Part shown: positions 12,552-24,577 of the stretch, in pieces
How the letters are laid out: every line of letters starts with the position of its first letter
How positions within the stretch are numbered: position 1 is the first letter of the stretch
Assembly (NCBI RefSeq): GCF_006345805.1
Contig: NC_042999.1
Coordinates: 154,318,001-154,382,000 of the forward strand
DNA: 64,000 nt
Direction of reading: 5' to 3'
Source of the DNA: Octopus sinensis
Lineage: Eukaryota
Made by a program: the position numbers and the translations under genes
The notes under the pieces: model-generated
Told to the model about the DNA's origin: nothing
The model's input: only the letters and a program-made list of their open reading frames with translations
Database searches by the model: none

Positions 12552-12619
12552 TATATATGCTTGTGCGTGTATAAATATATGTAGGTATGTATGTATATAT
12601 CTATGTATATATAATATTA

Positions 12620-12678
<59 letters not shown>

Positions 12679-13605
12679 ATACATACACACAACACACACA
12701 CACACACACATATATATATGTGATGAAGGGGATTTTTCCTTGTGTAGTTGCCTTGTACTCTGTTTTTACGTTTTCGTTTCTCGTTGAGTTCTACGTCTAT
12801 TTGTGGTGTCCTGTACACACGTATATATATTTATATATGCATGTATATATACATGTAGATGTAGGTACGTACATATATGTTTGTATGTATGCATATATTT
12901 TATTTATTACACTATTGTATGACTGAGCGCCTTCGCGTCGATTCGATTCGATTCGTTTGGTTTCGTTTCGTTTCTTCTTCTTCTCTAAGCTGGTTTTTAT
13001 ATATATATATATATACATATATATTTATACATATGCTTGTGCGTGTATAAATATATGTAGGTATGTATGTATATATATATATATGTTTCTAATTCTTAAG
13101 TTATATATGGCTTCGCCATACAAGTTAGCCTCTATCTACTCTCATGAATTCATAACTCTTTCATCCTTTCGTACTGACCTGTAAACCCACAAAGGCCTTT
13201 CGCTCATAATCCACCTTATTCTCTACAAATATCCTTTATTAAGGATATTCCTTAATCCTTCCTCTCTGAAGATGGAATGGTTGACTTTTATATGGAAATC
13301 TTTGCTCAAAGAGACATACACTATATGCGTCAAATGCCTGGCTATTCTAAAACAGTTGAACAAACTTATTTTCTACTCTTAACAGCTCTGCAGTTAGGTT
13401 TGAATTACAAGTTACATGGTCTAAAGTAATACCAAATGCTTTACTTAATCTTTCTTTCTTACTAATGTATATCTACCGCTCAATGAGGAGCCACGTATAG
13501 CCGCTCATTGCTGTGAATTGTAACACTGATTTTGTTTTAGCTGTAGTTCAAGTCGGAGTTTTAGTGATACACCAACCCGAGCACTAATCTTACATCATTA
13601 GACGC

Positions 13606-13693
<88 letters not shown>

Positions 13694-13918
13694 ATTAATC
13701 AATATTAGGGTAGCAAAAAATTCAATAGAAATTATTTTGCCACCAGCGGTCTAGTGAGAAAGAGGAAATAGTCAGAGACTATTAATAAATTCAACAACAA
13801 TTGAGGAATGGCTATAATAGGCCGTTCGACCCACTAGAAATAGCAGCCAGGGCTCCAACCGCAAATAGTAGTAATTCCGGAATCAGACGAAAAATTAAAA
13901 AACATTTACCCTGTTCTT

Positions 13919-14024
13919 CTTTAAACAATGCATTGTTTCGGCGTTTTTTAATGGCAAACCAGCCTGATTAAATTAAACTTAATCAAGTCAATCTCCCAAA
14001 AGGCCAACGCGCTCATCAGTAAAG
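13919..14024 (-). ncRNA. Mirror HHR copy (GUU triplet)
   Basis: Reverse complement of 14126-14230 with GAAAC AATGCATT GTT taaag. Confidence 0.8.
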
Positions 14025-14125
14025 GAGCCAGAAGGGACAGAAATTACACGAGGCAGCTACCTTCATGCCTCGGTAATATCTGACCTAAAATTTTCAAAAT
14101 CATGTAATTTCTGTCCTTCTGGCTC

Positions 14126-14230
14126 CTTTACTGATGAGCGCGTTGGCCTTGGGGGGACTTGATTAAGTTAATTTAATTTAATCAGGCTGGTTTGCCATTA
14201 AAAAACGCCGAAACAATGCATTGTCTAAAG
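14126..14230 (+). ncRNA. Type I hammerhead ribozyme with GUC cleavage site
   Basis: cttta CTGATGA G-c-GCGTT...AACGC-C GAAAC AATGCATT GTC taaag. Helix I 5 bp (cttta/taaag), 12-nt palindrome ACAATGCATTGT in helix III, predicted cleavage after C14225. Confidence 0.85.
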
Positions 14231-14397
14231 AAGAACAGGGTAAATGTTTTTTAATTTTTCCTCTGATTCCGGAATTACTACTATTTGCGGTTGGAGCCCT
14301 GGCTGCTATTTCTAGTGGTCGAACGGCCTATTATAGCCGTTCCTCAATTGTTGTTGAACATATATATATATATATATATAATATATATTATATATAT

Positions 14398-14431
<34 letters not shown>

Positions 14432-14532
14432 ATATATTATATATATATCTAAATATATAATGTATATGAATTTTTTGCGTAATGAGATAAAAAACCAAGC
14501 TGTGTAGATATTAGAGCATTTATAGATAGAAA

Positions 14533-14585
14533 GTCTTACAGCTGTTTCTAGAATATTAATTAATTAATATCCCTTCATCGGAGAC
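14533..14585 (-). ncRNA. Hammerhead motif of the same family as 175-300 (U4C variant)
   Basis: gtct CCGATGA aggGATATTAAT-ta-ATTAATATTct a GAAAC AGCT GTA agac; helix I gtct/agac. Confidence 0.65.
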
Positions 14586-14669
14586 GGTGTGAGAGGAAAA
14601 GTTAAGTCACAGTTAGTTTCGATGTAATATAAATAGAGAGTGAGTTGGAGGAAAGAAAATAGATGTAAG

Positions 14670-14713
<44 letters not shown>

Positions 14714-14779
14714 ATAAAAATAGTAAGACAACAAAAGAATGAAAGAGACCTTGATATTATGGAAATAGAGGAATTTATC

Positions 14780-14960
14780 TGTAAATGTAATATGTGACAA
14801 TTATTAGGTAGCCATGATAAAACTCCGAGTTTCGGGTGCCGACGTGGAAATCCATGATGGCCTGATAACTGAAGAGATGGCGGCGACGTTTTCAACCTCG
14901 GCACCCGAAACTCGGAGTTTTATCATGGCTACCAAATAATTGTCACATATTACATTTACA
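14780..14960. mobile_element. 180-bp hairpin with an HHR spanning its loop and right arm (14860-14929, +)
   Basis: Arms tgtaaatgtaatatgtgacaa...gggtgccga pair with tcggcaccc...ttgtcacatattacatttaca. HHR reads gcc-tgataa CTGAAGA ... GAAAC TCGGA GTT ttatca-t-ggc (9-bp helix I, weak helix II). Confidence 0.7.
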
Positions 14961-14969
14961 CACACACAC

Positions 14970-15030
<61 letters not shown>

Positions 15031-15419
15031 CACACATATATATATATGTATATCGTTAAAAGATGCATCAGGAAAATATCAGAAGAAACAGTTCGTTTCA
15101 GCCAAAATTCTTTGAGGTAATTGCTCTGCAACGAATACCAGACACTGCCTTATCAATCTTAGCATTAGAAATTTAGTAAAGATGCCTCATCAAAAAAAAA
15201 AAAAAAAATGGTTACAAGATATATAGAAAAGCATATTTGGTAACCATCTCTGTAATCATGGTAAATTTCACGTTATCTCAAATGTACTAACTATATATGA
15301 AACTTATATATTACGGTATCATATAAAATATGGTAAGCAATATTTTTCTTGAGTATAATGGGATTTAGTGAGTATGATGTATAAAATGCTTTGTCTAAGT
15401 ACGTATTAATTATGTATCT

Positions 15420-15420
15420 C

Positions 15421-15456
<36 letters not shown>

Positions 15457-15513
15457 CTCTCTATATATATATCTATATATATATATATAGTACTATACAC
15501 ACACACACACACA

Positions 15514-15566
<53 letters not shown>

Positions 15567-16090
15567 ATATATATAGTATATAATATATGTTATATATATA
15601 TACATACACACACACATATATATATGAATATATTTATATATACATACACACCCACATATATATGTGTGTGTGTGTATATATACATATATATACATATATA
15701 TGTATATATCTATATATATAAATTATATATATATATATATGTATTTATGTATGTGTGTATGTATATATATGCATATATATATATAATATATATATATATA
15801 TAATATATATATATTTATATATACAATACACACACACACATATATATGTGTGTGTGTTTATATATACATAATATACATATATATGTATATATATAGATAT
15901 ATATAATATATATATATATATACATGTATTTTATGTATTGTGTATGTATATATATCATATATATATATATTATATATATATATATATATATACATATATA
16001 CATATATATATATGGTATATATGTATGTTATGATGTATGTATGTATCTGTATGTGTATATATGTATGTGTGTATATGTATATGTATATAT
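15420..16090. repeat. Compound (CT)n/(TA)n/(CA)n/(TG)n microsatellite mosaic
   Basis: Directly visible. Confidence 0.95.
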
Positions 16091-16222
16091 AGGCGCAGGT
16101 GTGATAGGAAGTTTGCTTCCTTGCCACATGTCACCTTCGGCAAATGTCTTCAACAACAGCCTCGGGCTGACCAAAGATTTGCGATTGGATTTTAGTTGAC
16201 AGAAGCTGAAAGAAGCCCGTTC
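16090..16222 (+). mobile_element. SINE family A, 5' fragment
   Basis: aggcgcaggtgtgataggaagtttgcttcc...gaaagaagcccgt. Confidence 0.7.
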
Positions 16223-16243
16223 ACTGAACTCAGTACATTTTCC

Positions 16244-17535
16244 GGATCTTTTCTATTCTGAAGCCAGGACCACAGATCTTTCTACTTAACTAAATAATCT
16301 GAAACTTCGTATGCTGATAGAGTCTAGCAAAACAAGACACAGGTTGGAACTAGTTTATTTGAGAAAAATCTATTTTATGACTTTAATCGTAGATTAAAAC
16401 TGCGAATTTTAACCAATCAGATTGTTTGTTTTCATGTGTAAAACTTGACTGCATTCTATTAGTGTGACGTAGAAAGCGCTTTTGTGACGTACTAACGTTC
16501 GGAAAACTGTAAACAAACACGGCAGACGAAATACGGCTACGCATTTCGCCCGGCGTGCTAACGTTTCTGCCAGCTCTTTGCTTTTTTAATATTAAATTTC
16601 GGCGAAGTTTCGCTTGTCGTAGCACAAGTTTTCCGTCGATTTCCGTAAAAAACTTTTATTTTTTTACATAAGTAATGAGAGCGAAAGAGACTAAGAGGAA
16701 GCGATTTTATGAGCGAGGGAAGTTTGTCTTTGAAGTTACCGTCTAGGGGAAGCATTGATGTACATGTGTGTGTGTGTTGATGGGGGTGTGGAGACAGTAT
16801 GTTGTGTAAGTGAAGTGCTTGTTAGTGTGTGTGAAGAGACAGAGAGAGTAATGTGTGAAAGAGAGAGATAACTGAAATTTTTTACTCGGTGTATGTGTAT
16901 ATGTATGTCTGCATGTATGTGTGTGTGTATGTGTATCTATGTATGTATGGCCGATTCATCGTAATTACGATGAATCGGCCATACATACATACACACACAC
17001 ACATACATACACACACACACATACTTACACATACACACACACATACATGCAGACATACATATACACATACACCGAGTAAAAAATTTCAGTTATCTCTCTC
17101 TTTCACACATTACTCTCTCTGTCTCTTCACACACACTAACAGAAGCACTTCACTTACACAACATACTGTCTCCCACACCCCATCAAACACACAACACACA
17201 CACATGTACATCAATGCTTCCCCTAGACGGTAACTTCAAAGACAAACTTTTGTTATTAGAAGGTGTTGACTACTTAGCTTGTTTACATTTAAGATGTCTA
17301 ATACGTCACGAAATTGGTGGTCGAGACGGAGTAAATAAAATAAAGCCGATGACGGAATATCATTGGTTAAAATTCTAATTATTAAACAACGTTAAACTTA
17401 GAAGTTACAATTCCGTTTTCATTCTGGTTTACAATTAAGTTTACTTTTGACACATTCTACCAGTATACGAAGTTTCAAATTGTTTGGTTCAGTAGGAAAA
17501 ATTTGAAAAAACTGGCTTCAGAATAGAAAAGATCC
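16244..17535. mobile_element. Non-autonomous TIR DNA transposon with 24-bp TIRs and 8-bp TSD; superfamily unassigned
   Basis: TIR ggatcttttctattctgaagccag at 16244, with its reverse complement ending at 17535. TSD CATTTTCC at 16236-16243 and 17536-17543. No transposase ORF. A related right end lies at about 62340-62539. Confidence 0.85.
16720..17249. repeat. ~530-bp palindrome with no spacer, centred at 16964/16965
   Basis: ...ggccgattcatcgtaa|ttacgatgaatcggcc...; arms extend out to aagtttgtctttgaag and cttcaaagacaaactt. Confidence 0.9.
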
Positions 17536-17720
17536 CATTTTCCTTTTCATTCTCTCTCTCTCTGTTTATTTTCTCTTATTCTTTTCTGTGGAAGTGTGTA
17601 GGCTCGAAACGTAAATGACTTTTCTATATTTCCTGAGTGTCAAACTAATTCATTTGTCGTTGTTCCTACACCTGTCTTCGTCTTTGTTTTTCTATAAATT
17701 TGAACTACACACACACACAC
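17536..17720 (+). mobile_element. Variant-HHR (CUGUNGA) PLE-type repeat, split by the TIR element
   Basis: ttttCTGTGGAagtgtgtaggctcGAAACGTAaatg at 17582-17617. The upstream part (cactgaactca) lies at about 16222-16235. Confidence 0.75.
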
Positions 17721-17786
17721 AGAGTTAAATGAGGCAGCTAGTTAGTAGAGTTTCAACAAAAAGAGGAAAACAATAAGCATCTTTAA

Positions 17787-18048
17787 ATATGACTGAGCGT
17801 GTTAGAATACCTACACTGCTAGAAATAAGAGCTAAATCGCTCAGCGAGGGCTGTTCGGGAACTGGTTAGCTGTGCTTACTCTTCTGACTATGCTTCGGTG
17901 TAAAGCTGAAACCGTACCGTAAAGAGAGATCACATCTACCGTCGCTCCCCGCATCTATGTATACAATTATATGTGCGTTGATAGCATCAGCAGAGCCATT
18001 TAGCTCTTATTTCTAGCAATGTAGTTGTTCTAACACCCCCAGTCATAT
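17787..18048. mobile_element. Hairpin with ~55-bp arms and a decayed HHR in the loop (17879-17926, +)
   Basis: Arms atatgactg...gctaaatcgctc pair with gagccatttagc...cagtcatat. Loop reads ctctt CTGACTA tgctt cggtgt aaagct GAAAC CGTACC GTA aagag (helix I ctctt/aagag). Confidence 0.65.
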
Positions 18049-18235
18049 ATATATATAACAGTATAATAATATATCATATTAATATATATTCTCCGATATG
18101 AAGCGACAAATTTTAGACAGAAACAAATGACCGAAAAATGATGAACTAACTCTAGCCAGAATCAAACCCAGAAATCAACGCTAACACGGCTCCTTGCGCA
18201 TCCGTAACTTACAAAGTCTTTCTGGTTAGTTCACA

Positions 18236-18277
<42 letters not shown>

Positions 18278-18294
18278 TTATAATATGCATACAC

Positions 18295-18510
18295 ATATTC
18301 ATATATATATGTATGTATGTTTGTGTGAGTCTTTGTATTTGTGTTTGTCCTGCAGCATCGCTTCACAAACGGTACTGGTGTGTTTAAGTCCCCGTTACTT
18401 AGCGCTTCGGCAAAAAAGACTGATAGAATATGTATCAGACTTAAAAAGAAATATAATAGGCACTGGGATCGACTCGTTCGACTGAAATTCTTCAAGGCGG
18501 TACCCCGGTA
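18295..18510 (+). mobile_element. SINE family A, 3' half
   Basis: gtgtttaagtccccgttacttagcgcttcggcaaaaagactgatagaata...ggcggtaccccggtatggcc. Confidence 0.75.
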
Positions 18511-18514
18511 TGGC

Positions 18515-18845
<331 letters not shown>

Positions 18846-19055
18846 GAGCGTGTAGTGTTAAGGAGAGGTACGTTGCTCTGTTAACGAATTTTTTAATCAG
18901 AAGATGGAATATTCTCCATTAGCTTTTACCAGTGACAAATATAAATCTTCTGTCAGTAGACGCAAAACCTGCATCAGTCAGCTCTTAATAATACTTCAGC
19001 TTTGAATCTTCACCGCCCAACATCCGTATTCAATCAGTATTTATTCATTTATTTA

Positions 19056-19495
19056 AAGGCAGCGAGTTGGCAGAAACGTTAGCAACCCGGGTAAAATGCT
19101 TATCGGTATTTCGTCTGTCTTTACGTTCTAAGTTCAAATCCGCTGAGGTCGACTTTGCTTTCCATCTTTTTGGGGTCGATAAATTAAGTACGAGTTGCGC
19201 ACTTGGGTCGATCTTATCGACTGGCTCCCCCCCCCCAAAAAAAATTTGGGGCCTTGTTCTTTGAGTAGAAAAGAATATTCTTTAAGGCGGCGAGCCGGCA
19301 GAAACGTTAGCACGCCAGGCGAAATGCTCAGTGGTATTTCGTCTTTGTGCTCTGAGTTCAAATTCCGCCGACGTCGACTTTGCCTTTTCATCCTTTTAGG
19401 GTCGATAAATCAAGTACCAGTTGCATATTGGGTTCGATCTAATCAACTGGCCCCGCCCTCAAAATTTCTGTCCTTATGCCTAGAGTAGAAAAGAA
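19056..19495 (+). mobile_element. Two head-to-tail SINE family B copies
   Basis: aggcagcgagttggcagaaacg at about 19056 and aggcggcgagccggcagaaacg at about 19285, each with gtcgactttgc...gtcgataaat..gtac. Confidence 0.85.
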
Positions 19496-20081
19496 TATTT
19501 ATTTATTTATCAATCATATTTATCTGTGTTGTTGCTCTCTCTGTCCTATGACCAAAGATCTTCCGACCGTAACTCTTCCATTATTTATATTTTCTCAAAG
19601 AATCTATATTTGATACTATATTATTTAGTATGACCTATTAAAAGACGATAGTGTATACTTTTAAGAAGAATTAGCAGTTATTTTTAGCAGGTCGAGTAAC
19701 GTAACAACGTGTAGGCTGCTTTTATTGGTTCGTTTGATTTTCTCCATACGGAACCAGCGGAATAGAACATTAATGATCAATTGAGCAAAAATTAATTTCT
19801 GCAGGAAGAAATTAGCGATATCTTCCTCCTTAGATGAAGCTTTTAGGCTTATCCGCTTCCATATATGGCTTCTTCGACCAGGCGAATTTCTTTAAAAAAA
19901 TTTTAAGATATTTATTGATTATACAGTGTCTAGTGTCTATGCTTCTTAGAAAGTCGATTGCAGAACTACTTTGAGACAAGTCTGGCCTTTAAAATCACAG
20001 GTGCATTCCATCTTATAGGATTCTAAACAGTTTCCGCTTACCCAGTACCCAACGTTATGGTAAAAGGCGCTTATCTAAAGC

Positions 20082-20420
20082 CAGGGGTCACCAAACTATG
20101 GCTCGTGGGCTGGATCTGGTCCACGGGGTCAGTTCATCCGGCCCGCCACTGCACTGTACCTTTTGTGTAAGTGCCTGCAGTGAGAGTTCATTTGCCTCTG
20201 GTATGGCATCAGTGTTTGGAACAACTTATGTCTGTGAGCAAACATTTTCAAAAGTGAAGAATGTGAAGTCAGCACATCGAACGAGGTTGACTGATGAACA
20301 GTTGAAAGCAATTTTCTTGGTTGGATGCAGCAATTCCAAAACAAATATTGATGATACCTTAAAAGCTAAACACCAGTTTCACAAATCTCACAAACCTTTT
20401 TTGGTGCTTAGTTTGTAAGA
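20082..20420 (+). mobile_element. Internally deleted hAT (Charlie/SPIN/Buster-like) remnant with the C-terminal dimerisation region
   Basis: 5' end caggggtcaccaaactatggctcgtgggc. Translation ASVFGTTYVCEQTFSKVKNVKSAHRTRLTDEQL...HQFHKSH matches the hAT C-terminal (FGSTYxCEQxFS) motif. Confidence 0.85.
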
Positions 20421-20569
20421 TTCAGATATATGCATATTAGGTGGGATATAACTATCTTATTGCTAATGACGCCTCCTTAGAACAACGTTTTGTAAATAAA
20501 TTATTTTATTCCTTTATTCTTTTACTTGTATCAAGCTCTTATAAATGAACTTGACATAAACATTCAATT

Positions 20570-20945
20570 TACCACCGATGTTGGTGTGTTTATGTCCCTG
20601 TAACTTATCGGTTCGGCAAAAAGGACCGATAGAATAAGTACCAGGCTTACAAAGAATAAGTCCTGGGGTCGATTTCTTCGACTAAAAGGCGGTGTTCCAG
20701 CATGACCGCAGTCAAATGACTGTAGAAAGGATTATTATTAATATTAGAAATAATGACAATCATTGCTACTGTAGATACAAAGCCCGAAATTTTAAGGAAG
20801 GGAATTAGTCGATTACATTGCTTGACTGGTACTTATTTTATCAACTCTGAAAGGATGAAAGACAGTCAACAACGGCGGAATTTGAACTCAGAACGTAAGG
20901 AATATCATCACTACGCATCCCATTCAGCGGGCTAACGATTCTGCC
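20570..20945. mobile_element. SINE A tail (+, 20570-20725) and decayed SINE B (-, 20770-20945)
   Basis: ccgatagaataagtaccaggcttacaaagaataagtcctggggtcg; ggcggaatttgaactcagaacg. Confidence 0.75.
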
Positions 20946-21499
20946 AGCATGTCGTGCAATATCTATGCAAAGAAAAACAATTTTGGATTGCACACGACTC
21001 CTGTGTATAAAGGTAAATTTCCCTACGCAAGAATATTAAAGAAAAATTATCTCAAGAATCCTCTTAGGAACTGTAAAAGTTAATATTGGCGACAGGGCAT
21101 CGAAGATAGATTTCTGGTTTTCGATTTCAGAAGTAAAAAATATTGTTTTACAGCGAAAAACTACGAAGCATAGAATAGAAATGATAAAACATATATATCT
21201 TTCTATTGAATTTAACTGGAACTGAAGTCCCAAATCGATTTGAATATTGATTTACATTCTATGGAAGATGTTTTATAAGTTGCCAAATATATTGGCATCT
21301 TCTTTTGAGATTTTTTGTTATCAAGATTTTAAAGTTTGCTTTGATACTGGCGCGTCTAGGATTTAGAGGTTAACATGAGGCTTGGTATCCAATATCTAAA
21401 TGTTGTAAAAAGCTGAGACGAGGTGACGGCTGCATAGGGATGGTCATTTCGATCCGTTCAGTGTTGCTTATAAAGACAATTCACTCTTTATAAAAAGCC

Positions 21500-21880
21500 A
21501 CGGAGGCGCAATGGCCTTGTGGTTAGGGTAGCGGACTCGCGGTCGTAGGATCGCGGCTTCGATTCCCAGACCGGGCGTCGTAAGTGTTTATTGAGCGAAA
21601 ACACCTAAACCTCCACGTGCACCTAGGTGAAAACACCTAAACCTCTAGCAGTGAGTGGTAGCAAACCCTGCATATTCTTTCACCACAACTTTCTTCCTGT
21701 TTCAGTTGTACCTGTATTTCAAAGGGCCAGCCTTGTCACAGTCTATGTCACGCTGAATCATTAAGGGCACACGTGTCTGTGGTGTGCTCAGACACTTGCA
21801 CGTTAATTTTACGAGCAGGCTGTTCCGTTGATCGGATCAACTAGAACCCTTGTCGTCACAACCGACGGAGTACCACAAGA
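21500..21880 (+). mobile_element. SINE family C (tRNA head C1 plus tail X)
   Basis: ggaggcgcaatggccttgtggttagggtagcggactcgcggtcgtaggatcgcggcttcgattccc (A/B boxes)...aagggccagccttgtcaca...gttgatcggatcaactagaaccc. Confidence 0.85.
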
Positions 21881-22208
21881 ATAAAGAGCTAATGAGGGAG
21901 TCTTTACGTGGCCTCACAGCCTGTTAAAAACAACAACCAGCTTCTTGGTACACATAGGCGAGGGATATGCTGTAAAAATAATCATGACTTTGCTCTAGCA
22001 GGGTTGATCTGGGGCCAGACAACAACTGCAGCAGCAGCGGCGGCGGTGGCAGGAGTGGCGGCAGTGGCGGGAGCAGCGGCGGCAGCAACAGCTGCAGCAG
22101 CAACAATAGTGACAACAACAGCAGCACTAACAGTAACATCAACAGCAAAAGCTTGCTCAGGTCATATGCTTATGTAAAAATGCTAATTTAACATGGCTGA
22201 ATAAAAGG

Positions 22209-22273
<65 letters not shown>

Positions 22274-22275
22274 AT

Positions 22276-22617
22276 TACATGTTTCGGTTCTTCTTGTAAA
22301 AACGAACCTTATCAAAAATATTTTTAAAAGTTAAGTGTAATAATAAAGTTCATAATTGTATCTTACTAGTCTGAACAGATTCCACGTGGTGGTGTTTTGT
22401 GTGTGTGTGTGTGTGGGGGGGGAGCATAATCATTGGCTGTAATATTACAGCCAACAATTCTAGTCAACGCACAAGACAGCCTGTTCCCCACCACAAAACA
22501 CCACTACGTGGACTCTGTTGAACCTCGTTAGAAACAATTATAAACTTTTTTATTAAACTTAACTTTTAAAAATATTTTTGATAAAGTTCGTTTTTACAAA
22601 AAGAACCGAAACGTAAA
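22276..22617. mobile_element. Hairpin with ~125-bp arms carrying decayed outward HHRs (TTGATAA-GGTTC...GAACC-GAAAC-AT-GTA)
   Basis: tacatgtttcggttc...ccacgtggtggtgttttgtg pairs with cacaaaacaccactacgtgg...gaaccgaaacgta; follows (TA)n. Confidence 0.75.
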
Positions 22618-22699
22618 ATCTCTCAGAAAATTAAAATTTATCTTATACAGTGGCGTTTTCAAACTCCTTTTTTATAAATATATTACCCACTCGTATGCC

Positions 22700-22781
<82 letters not shown>

Positions 22782-22829
22782 AATACACACCTATATATGT
22801 ATATATGTGTGTGTATGTGTGCGTGTGTT

Positions 22830-23025
22830 TGTTCCCTCATCACCACTTGATAACAGATGTTGGTGTGTTTACGTCCCCGTAACATAGCGGTTTGGTAACG
22901 AGATTCCGATAGAATAAGCACTAGGCTTAAGAAGTAGGTCCTAGGGTCGATTTATTCGAGCAAAGCCCTTCAAGGCGGTGCTCCAACATGGCCGCAGTCA
23001 AATGACTGAAACAAGTAAAATAATA
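22830..23025 (+). mobile_element. SINE family A, 3' half
   Basis: ggtgtgtttacgtccccgtaac...ggcggtgctccaacatggccgcagtcaaatgactgaaacaag. Confidence 0.85.
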
Positions 23026-23059
23026 TATATGTGTATGTATGTGTATATATATATATATA

Positions 23060-23260
23060 TGTATGATAGATCGTTAGCCACTACACACATTTTTTTTCTT
23101 TCACCTTGTTTCTCTCCTTGTTTTTTTCTTTGCCCCTTTCTGTAGAAGAGCATAGGCTCGAAACGTAAAAGACTTTTTCTATTCCTGAGCGTTATACTAA
23201 TACATCTGTTTGTTTTGTACACCACCTGTCTTCGTCTTTTGTTTTGTTTTTGTAAACTCT
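23060..23260 (+). mobile_element. Variant-HHR PLE-type repeat
   Basis: cttt CTGTAGA AGAGC atag GCTC GAAAC GTA aaag at 23136-23171, followed by actttttctattcctgagcgttatactaatacatctg. Confidence 0.8.
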
Positions 23261-23828
23261 CCCTATATATAAATGTATATGTATATATAAATATATGTAT
23301 ATATGTGTGTGTGCGTGTGTGTGTATACATGCATATGCGTATGTGTATATGCGTATACATGCACATACATACGTACACACATGCATGCATATATATATGT
23401 TTCTCAGTCAAGCAATCAATATAATCGAATACTCCCTTACCTAAATGTGTCTTAATCTCTTGTCTCTCAAGATTTCGATAATCCTAGCAATATCCTTGAG
23501 AAAAACATGAACTACACATTTTCTGACACCGCAAACCCTGTGTTTGTTCAGGTAAGCAATCGAATAAATACTTTGATTTACGTTCCTTTGTGTCGTAGTT
23601 TTATCCATTCGATAAAGAAATATCGATAAATTAACCGACAGACAGAGCACATAAAAAAAACGTTCGAAGCTGGTGCACTGGCATGGCCGCAGTTCGAATA
23701 AAACTGAAACCAATGTAAGAATAATAGAATAATAGAATATAAGAATAAAAGGATGATTTTTCCTGAAAATATTTCGTTTTTGGATTTAGTCTGCAAGATT
23801 CTTTATGTGAGTTCGTGTGTTGAAGCAT

Positions 23829-24126
23829 ATTCTGTTGTGTCTGGGGAGAGTTATTTTCTTTTTGTGCCTTATAATGTAACACACTCACCGGTAAAATTTC
23901 CACTTATTTCTTATTTTTATTTTCCTAAAATTTTCGTTGCGTCTTGCAACCTTTTCAGTGGTCTTGACTCTTTCCTAAAATTTTCGTTGGGTCTTGCAAC
24001 CTTTTCAAGTCTTGACTCAAAGAGTCAAGACTATTGAAAAGGTTCCAAGACGTGGAAATTTTGCCGGTGAGTGTGTTACATTATAAGGCACAAAAAGAAA
24101 ATGACCTTCCCCAGACACAACAGAAT
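23829..24126. repeat. Inverted repeat (~75-bp arms) enclosing two tandem decayed HHR-like units on the minus strand
   Basis: Arms attctgttgtgtctgggg...aaatttccac pair with gtggaaattt...cagacacaacagaat. Inside, CTGAAAA GGTTGC aagac GCAAC GAAAATTTTAGG occurs about twice. Confidence 0.7.
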
Positions 24127-24189
24127 TTCATGAAAATATTCTCTAAACTGGAGTTTAAAACTGTTTATTAGAAAACCGGTCGAAAACAA

Positions 24190-24577
24190 AGATGGTAAGA
24201 TACGACCAAAGAATGAAGTGTTACCATCAGAATAGATTATTCAGAGGAGATCAGAAGAGATTCTATAAAGAAAGAAATGGAGAGTGTACAGGTGAAAAGT
24301 TGATAACAGATAACAATGAGAATCAAAAGTTTTGAAGTGACATCTGGAGCAAAGACAAAGATCACAAGAAAGATGCTGAATGGTCGCAAGAACTGAAACA
24401 AACAGTAGTCTGTCCAAAACAGGCAGAACTAGTCATTTCAGTTTGGGAAGTGAAGGAAATCAGCAAAAAATGAGCAACTGGAAGGCCCTGGACCAGATGA
24501 AGTTCAAGGCAACTAGATCAAAAGATTTGGTGAATGTCATGCACGAATAGCTGCGCAACACAACACTTTGTTAAATG
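24190..24577 (+). mobile_element. R4/Dong-like (RLE-type) non-LTR retrotransposon fragment, N-terminal to RT
   Basis: RYDQRMKCYHQNRLFRGDQKRFYKE...NWK(A)PGPDEVQG...KRFGECHARIAAQ with frameshifts. Confidence 0.7.

Larger units (their letters stand above)
13790..14358. mobile_element. ~570-bp hairpin (~255-bp arms, ~54-bp spacer) carrying two outward-facing HHRs
   Basis: ttcaacaacaattgagg...gaaattaca pairs with tgtaatttc...cctcaattgttgttgaa; followed directly by (TA)n. Confidence 0.9.

Noticed and set aside
13250-13400. Open frames at 13.25-13.4 kb, 11.52 kb, 4.33-4.6 kb and 44.3-44.55 kb as host exons
   Set aside because: No recognisable protein motif or paired splice sites; more likely ancient TE debris.
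21500-21575. tRNA-like sequences (also at 31018, 36500, 46070 and 58363)
   Set aside because: A/B boxes are present but the cloverleafs are imperfect and each continues into a SINE body or tail; these are SINE heads, not tRNA genes.
21908-22177. Poly-Ala/Thr ORF resembling a transcription-factor exon
   Set aside because: A (GCA/GCG/ACA)n trinucleotide repeat next to a SINE; no splice sites or flanking coding signal.
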